From the NCBI GenBank assembly GCA_002419295.1, contig DIFW01000017.1:57099-121098 (forward strand): a DNA stretch of 64,000 nt, written 5' to 3'. The notes beneath the pieces were generated by a model. The model had not been told where the DNA came from. It searched no databases and worked only from the letters and a program-made list of their open reading frames with translations. Positions 58,821 to 64,000 of this stretch are shown here, one piece after another. This DNA is from Patescibacteria group bacterium UBA5738. GTDB taxonomy: Bacteria > Patescibacteriota > Minisyncoccia > Minisyncoccales > UBA5738. Numbering within the stretch: position 1 is the stretch's first letter; every line of letters starts with the position of its first letter. A program made the position numbers and the translations under genes.

Positions 58821-59876
58821 ATGAGTATTATTCTCCAACTGAAAAATTTCGCCAAACTACTCCTCGCCGGAGCGGTTTTGTTTGCCGTCTGCTCCGTGAT
58901 CTCCCGGCAGGTATCTCAGCGCGCTTCGGCCGGAATTAACGATGATTTTTGCGCCGAAACCAAAATGTTTGCTCATGCCGGCGAGCAGGCGAAGCCCGAA
59001 TCGCCGGATTATCTTTTGGCGGGCGAAGGATGCGTTAAAGCCGCGGTCCCGCCGGTGGCGATTACACCTCGGGTTTTGGCGGCGATTACCGGCGATTTTT
59101 CGGAGAACAAAGCGCAAGAAGAACAACAAAACACCATTATTGAGTATGAAATCACCGGCGACGAAACGCTGTCAAGCTTGGCCGAAAAGTTTAACATCAG
59201 CGTTGACAGCATCGCGTGGGCGAACAATCTTTCCAAAAACGCGGATTTGAAAACGGGAGAGAAATTGGTCATTCCGCCGGTAAGCGGGGTGATCCATCAC
59301 GCGGTCGCGGGCGATACGATCGGGCAGATTGCCAAAAAATACCAAGCGAAATCGGAAGAAATCGTTGCCTTCAACGGCCTTGCCGGCGAGAATGATATTT
59401 TTATCGGTGATATTCTGATGGTTCCCGGCGGCAAGATCGTTGTTCCTCCCGCGCAAAAGCCGGCGGCGGCAAAAACCGCGGTGCAGGCTCCCGCGCGCGC
59501 ATCGGGATTGTCGGCGATGCCGGCGGACTATTTCTTGTGTCCGGTGGGAGCGGCTTGCAAAAAAACGCAAGGATTGCATTTCTACAACGCGGTTGATTTG
59601 ACCGGAGGATATTGCGGCGCGCCAATATACGCCGCGGCGTCGGGAATCGTGGTCAAGGCGGTAACCGGCGGCTGGAACGGCGGTGCCGGCAATAATATCA
59701 CCATTTCCCATATGTCCGGCACGATAACAACTCATTATTATCATTTGCAAACAATTTTGGTAAAAGCGGGACAAGAAGTGAAAAAGGGCGACTTGATCGG
59801 TACGATGGGAAAAACCGGCAATTCGACCGGTTGCCATCTCCACTTCGGCGTGGGCGGCGCGGCCAACCCTTTTTAA
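58821..59876 (+). CDS. LysM x2 + M23 peptidase
   Basis: Two LysM repeats; H...D, Y.HL and STG.HLHF motifs; TTGACA-N16-TACAAT promoter at 58781-58808. Confidence 0.92.
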   Translation: MSIILQLKNFAKLLLAGAVLFAVCSVISRQVSQRASAGINDDFCAETKMFAHAGEQAKPESPDYLLAGEGCVKAAVPPVAITPRVLAAITGDFSENKAQEEQQNTIIEYEITGDETLSSLAEKFNISVDSIAWANNLSKNADLKTGEKLVIPPVSGVIHHAVAGDTIGQIAKKYQAKSEEIVAFNGLAGENDIFIGDILMVPGGKIVVPPAQKPAAAKTAVQAPARASGLSAMPADYFLCPVGAACKKTQGLHFYNAVDLTGGYCGAPIYAAASGIVVKAVTGGWNGGAGNNITISHMSGTITTHYYHLQTILVKAGQEVKKGDLIGTMGKTGNSTGCHLHFGVGGAANPF

Positions 59877-59931
59877 GGGGCTTTTATAAATAAAATTTCA
59901 GACTGCAATCCCAACCGCTTCACGGCGGTTT

Positions 59932-61452
59932 TTAAATTAATTCGGGGGGCCGATATGATAGCGCTTCGGAAATGTGATCAGAAGTAATATTTTCTTTTCC
60001 GTCCATATCGGCAATGGTGCGGCTTACTTTCAGCACGCGATGATAGCCGCGCGCGGAAATTTTGGAAGAATTTACCGCGGCTTTCATCAGCAGTTCGGAA
60101 TCTTTGTCCATGCGGCAAAATTGCTTGATTTGGTCAATATTCATCTCGGCGTTGGTTTGGTCTTTGCCGAAGCGGGATTTTTGAATTTCGCGGCAGCGGC
60201 AGACTCGATCTTTTATATTTTGCGCCAAATCGTTTTGTTCCGGTGCGGGATTGGCCAATTTGTCATATTTTACCGCCGGAACATTGATAAACAGATCAAT
60301 GCGGTCCATCAGCGGTCCGGAGAGTTTTTTGCGGTACATTCTGATTTGCGCGGGTGTGCAAACGCAAGGTTTTTCCGGATTGCCGAAATTCCCGCACGGG
60401 CAGGGATTGGAGGCCAGGACGAGCATAAAGCGCGCCGGCAGCGACATTGCGTGCCGCGCCCGCAAAACATTGATAGCTCCTTCCTCTATCGGTTGCCGCA
60501 AAGATTCCAGCGCGTCGCGATGAAATTCAGGGAATTCATCCAAAAAAAGAACACCGCGATGTGCCAAGGTGATTTCGCCCGGCCGGGGAGGGTTGCCGCC
60601 GCCGATTAGCGCGGCATCCGAAGTTGTGTGGTGCGGCGCGCGAAAGGGGCGGTTTGAAATCAAGGAGCCGCTGTTTAACAGGCCGCAAACGCTGTATATT
60701 TTGGTGACTTCCAGCGATTCTTCAAAAGAAAGCGGCGGGATAATGTCGGGCAGGGTTTTTGCCAGCAGGGTTTTTCCGGTGCCCGGAGGACCCCACATGG
60801 AAAGATTATGGCCGCCCCCGGCCACGATTTCCAACGCTCGTTTGGCCGATTCTTGTCCGGCGATTGATGCCATGCCGTTGACGACAACGCTTTTGAATTC
60901 CGTTTCCGCCGGTTTTTCCGCCGGCTCGATGTTTATTTTTCCTTCCAGATAATCAATCGCGTGAGAAAGGGTTCTGACCCCAATCGCGCGAATGCCGTCA
61001 ATCAGCGCCGCTTCGCTTGCGTTTGCTTCGGGAAGGATGATTTCTTTGATTCCCTTTTGCCGGCAAGCGATGGCGAAACAAACCGCGCCTTTGGCTGGCC
61101 GCAAACGGCCGTCAAGCGCCAATTCTCCCAAAAAAATTTTTTCGTTCGGATCAAACCGTATTTTTTTATCGGCCAAAAGATAGCCCAGAGCGATGGGAAG
61201 GTCGTAAAGAGTGCCTTCTTTTTTTAAATCGGCGGGCGCCAAAGAAACCAAAACTTTCACCGGTTCGTGGTGCGGCGGCTTAAATCCCGCGCTTTCAATC
61301 GCCGCCCCTACCCTTTCTTTGGCTTCTTGGACGGATTTATCGGGCAAGCCGACAACATCAAACCGGCGCAGGCCGTAGGAAGCATCAACTTCAATTTCAA
61401 TTAGTTGCGCGTCCAATCCGGTGATGGCCGCGGAAAAAATTTTAGAAAGCAC
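59932..61452 (-). CDS. comM: YifB/ComM Mg-chelatase-like AAA ATPase
   Basis: VGLPD, LAPADL.KEG..YDLPIA, GPPGTGKT, FRAPHH, FLDEFPEF, NPCPCG. Confidence 0.93.
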   Translation of the reverse strand: MLSKIFSAAITGLDAQLIEIEVDASYGLRRFDVVGLPDKSVQEAKERVGAAIESAGFKPPHHEPVKVLVSLAPADLKKEGTLYDLPIALGYLLADKKIRFDPNEKIFLGELALDGRLRPAKGAVCFAIACRQKGIKEIILPEANASEAALIDGIRAIGVRTLSHAIDYLEGKINIEPAEKPAETEFKSVVVNGMASIAGQESAKRALEIVAGGGHNLSMWGPPGTGKTLLAKTLPDIIPPLSFEESLEVTKIYSVCGLLNSGSLISNRPFRAPHHTTSDAALIGGGNPPRPGEITLAHRGVLFLDEFPEFHRDALESLRQPIEEGAINVLRARHAMSLPARFMLVLASNPCPCGNFGNPEKPCVCTPAQIRMYRKKLSGPLMDRIDLFINVPAVKYDKLANPAPEQNDLAQNIKDRVCRCREIQKSRFGKDQTNAEMNIDQIKQFCRMDKDSELLMKAAVNSSKISARGYHRVLKVSRTIADMDGKENITSDHISEALSYRPPELI

Positions 61453-61563
61453 GTTGAATTTAAATTTAATCCGGTATTTAATCCGGCAAGAATGATTCGC
61501 TTACGCCGGCGATGCTTTACCGGTCCGTGGCGCAACGAAGCAAAACGGAGGATTAAATAATCC

Positions 61564-61932
61564 TTATTGCTGGCAATCCACGCAAAACGGCGCTTCGGGA
61601 AAAATTTCCAACCGCGCCATGGGAATTTGCTTGCCGCATTTTTCGCATTTGCCATAATTGCCATTTTTGATTTTAGCGAGCGCTACATTGATCGCGGCCA
61701 GCTTTGTTTCAAGATTTCGTTCAAGTGAAAGGCGATTGGTATATTCTTCAACTTCGTCCGCCTGCCGTTCCAGAGAAGAGGTTCCGGCATCGCCTCCGCC
61801 ATACGGAAATTTGCTCTGCCAGTCGCCGGGAACATTTTTATTGGGAACGGCAATTTTGTTTAGTTCGGCTTCCGCGGCGATTTTTTCCTCTTTCAGTTTT
61901 TTTTCAAATTGATCCAATGTTTGTTTTGCCAT
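61564..61932 (-). CDS. TraR/DksA C4 zinc-finger protein
   Basis: AL.KI..G.YG.CEKCG..I...RL...P.A..C.DC. Confidence 0.9.
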   Translation of the reverse strand: MAKQTLDQFEKKLKEEKIAAEAELNKIAVPNKNVPGDWQSKFPYGGGDAGTSSLERQADEVEEYTNRLSLERNLETKLAAINVALAKIKNGNYGKCEKCGKQIPMARLEIFPEAPFCVDCQQ

Positions 61933-62005
61933 TTTTTTGTGATTATTATTCGAGGGCTTAAAGAAAAAGCGCCCCGCGCGGCTTCGTCTTGATTTTACCC
62001 CCCTT

Positions 62006-64000
62006 TTATTCTTTTGGCAATCGGTCAAATATTCCGGACATGGAATTGTTCGAAGTTGAGAAAACGAAATACTTTTGCCGGTAACTTATCCAAGCAATCG
62101 CGAATTCATCTTCCGCGGGAGAAAAACTCATCAGTTTGTAAGAGGTTTGGGCGCTACCGGATGTGCTGAATTTCAACGCGTCGTTATCGGCGGAAGTTTT
62201 TCGGCCCAAGAGGTGAAAAAAGTTTTCGGTGTCTTTGACGATACTGCCTTCCCAGCCGCTCATTGCCGTTTCAATCAGGCTGGCATTAATAACCGGCGAC
62301 ACGAGTCCGATGCGATTTTTCCCGTTGTTGGCAAAAATGAAAAATTCACATTCATCGTTGATTGAATTGTAAAAAACTGAGGGTGCGTTTATTTTATAAA
62401 TAGCAAAAAATTGTTTCAGGCCGATTTTTTTATCGGTGGCCCGGTTGATAATTACGAGTTTATAATATCCGTTGGCGTCAAATTTTTTACGCAAGTATGG
62501 CGAAATTAAATTGGGTATGTTGGCGGGGTCGTCGGTATAGATCGTTACCGGCGATGGCATGGCGGATAAAATTGATTTATTTTCCGCCGGCGTTTGCGGC
62601 TCTGATTTTGCCGGCGTTTCAACCGTTGCCGGCTTTTTAACAACCGGGGCGTTGCCGTTTTTACTCATAATGATTATCAGCGTTATTGCTAAAATTCCGG
62701 CCAGCGCCAGAATTACCATCATTCTCGCGAAAAATTTATTTTTTCCGGATTTATCCATCGGTTGCTCAAAATCGGGTTGCGGTTGAACTGCGGCGATCTC
62801 GTTTGCCATCGTCGACGTATTTATTGCGCCGGTATTCGTCGGGATTGTGGTTTTTTTGATTTGCTGCCACCGGCTTTCCAATCTCGCTGCGACGGGAGTT
62901 AAAATTTCTTCCTCTTGTTTTGGCTCTTCTGTTATTTTTTTCGCGACTACGGGCTCAAACGGCGGCGCGCTTGGCCTCTGGATGTTTGGTTTGGAGCTAC
63001 TTTCCAAAGGATCTTTTTGGGCAAAAGCGCGGATGTTTTTTGCCGGAGACGCTTCCACTTGCTCGCGGTATATCGCGCCGTTTCGCGCCGCCATTTTGGC
63101 GATATCTTCCGCACTCGGGGCCGCGTTCTTGGCCGTTTCGCCGGCCGGTTTTGCCGCAACAATATTATTTTTTGTTTCTTGTTCGTTGCCGGTTTTTGGC
63201 TCTTCCTTTTTCGTTTCGGGAATATCCGTTTTTTTGATTTGGCTTCCGGTCGGGGTTTCGATATTTGTTTGCGGAGCTTTTTCGGCGGGATTATCCGGCA
63301 AACCGCTATCTTTGTTTTGATTGTTTTGGATCGATTTTTTCGTTTCTTGCGCCGGAGAACTTTGGGCCGTTTCTTTGTTTTGGGATTCTATTTCTTGAGC
63401 CGGAGTTTGATTTATTTTTGAATTTTCGGGTTCGCTTTTTCTTTCCTCGGATTTGTTTTGACCAATTTTTTTTTCTTCGGGCTTGTCTTGTTGAGCGGCT
63501 TTTTTTGCCGGTTCTTCTTCCAATTGGACGATATCTGCCAAGATTTCGGGATTAAAATTGACGCCGTTTTCTTCCAAAAGGCGGCGGATAGTGTCGCGCA
63601 ACGCGCGAACCGGCAGGCCGTCTTTCTCCAAGTTAACTTGGGCGGCCATGATTTTGTTTTGAATGGCGTCTATTTTGGAGTTGAATAAGTTTATTTTTTC
63701 TTTTACGGAGTTTAATTGCGTTTCCGCTTGCTTGAATTTTTCTTCTTCCGACCATTTTTTTTCCACAATCGACTTGAGCTTGTTGTTGGCTTCCCATCTT
63801 GATTGTTCTATTTCCCTCTTTTTAGCGGGGTCCGACTCTTTGGCTTCTTGGTTTTCGATTGTGTTGATCCGGCTTGAAAGTAAAGCCTCTTCTTCCGACA
63901 GAAGAGATAATTCTTGTTGGATTTTTGCTTTTCTGTTTTCTGCGGCGGTAAAATCGGGAGATACCGCTTCTTTTTCGGTAATAATTTTTAAAATATCTTC
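62006..64000 (-). CDS. Large hypothetical protein (coiled coil, disordered linker, TM, extracellular domain); 5' end outside window
   Basis: Frame stays open from 63766 to 64000 (EDILKIITEKE...); single TM near residues FFARMMVILAL. Confidence 0.75.
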   Translation of the reverse strand, partial: EDILKIITEKEAVSPDFTAAENRKAKIQQELSLLSEEEALLSSRINTIENQEAKESDPAKKREIEQSRWEANNKLKSIVEKKWSEEEKFKQAETQLNSVKEKINLFNSKIDAIQNKIMAAQVNLEKDGLPVRALRDTIRRLLEENGVNFNPEILADIVQLEEEPAKKAAQQDKPEEKKIGQNKSEERKSEPENSKINQTPAQEIESQNKETAQSSPAQETKKSIQNNQNKDSGLPDNPAEKAPQTNIETPTGSQIKKTDIPETKKEEPKTGNEQETKNNIVAAKPAGETAKNAAPSAEDIAKMAARNGAIYREQVEASPAKNIRAFAQKDPLESSSKPNIQRPSAPPFEPVVAKKITEEPKQEEEILTPVAARLESRWQQIKKTTIPTNTGAINTSTMANEIAAVQPQPDFEQPMDKSGKNKFFARMMVILALAGILAITLIIIMSKNGNAPVVKKPATVETPAKSEPQTPAENKSILSAMPSPVTIYTDDPANIPNLISPYLRKKFDANGYYKLVIINRATDKKIGLKQFFAIYKINAPSVFYNSINDECEFFIFANNGKNRIGLVSPVINASLIETAMSGWEGSIVKDTENFFHLLGRKTSADNDALKFSTSGSAQTSYKLMSFSPAEDEFAIAWISYRQKYFVFSTSNNSMSGIFDRLPKE

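Overview
Core-genome window around the replication origin of a reduced-genome bacterium, very likely Patescibacteria/CPR of the Parcubacteria type (standard genetic code). The assignment is inferred from gene content: short IF2, eukaryote-type GlyRS, type-2 IleRS, multiple type IV pilins, a VirB4/PrgI/VirB6/VirB2-like locus, and almost no Shine-Dalgarno sites. Housekeeping content: metG (partial), rsmI, glyQS, ileS, S1 protein, ftsH, rplS, infB, rbfA, murE, rpsT, holA, tsaE, yebC, ruvC, tyrS, PBP1A, dnaN-oriC-dnaA-rpmH-rnpA-yidC-jag, rsmA, comM, a DksA-like protein and seven tRNAs. Most notable: (1) a T4SS-like locus with two giant Cys-rich five-module proteins ending in VirB2-like pilin domains, interrupted by a decayed hicBA, a MITE and a foreign-looking SPFH operon; (2) a split membrane sensor / soluble kinase pair with matching S-helix repeats and an A8 run that could fuse them; (3) an orphan structured RNA behind a perfect TTGACA-N17-TATAAT promoter; (4) a tRNA-Ile(UAU) together with an IleRS carrying a GIHH signature and an inserted histidine-phosphatase domain; (5) an array of four type IV pilins with conserved 5' ends and divergent heads; (6) a structured leader on a 3D-domain gene. 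All calls come from reading motifs by eye; no searches were run.
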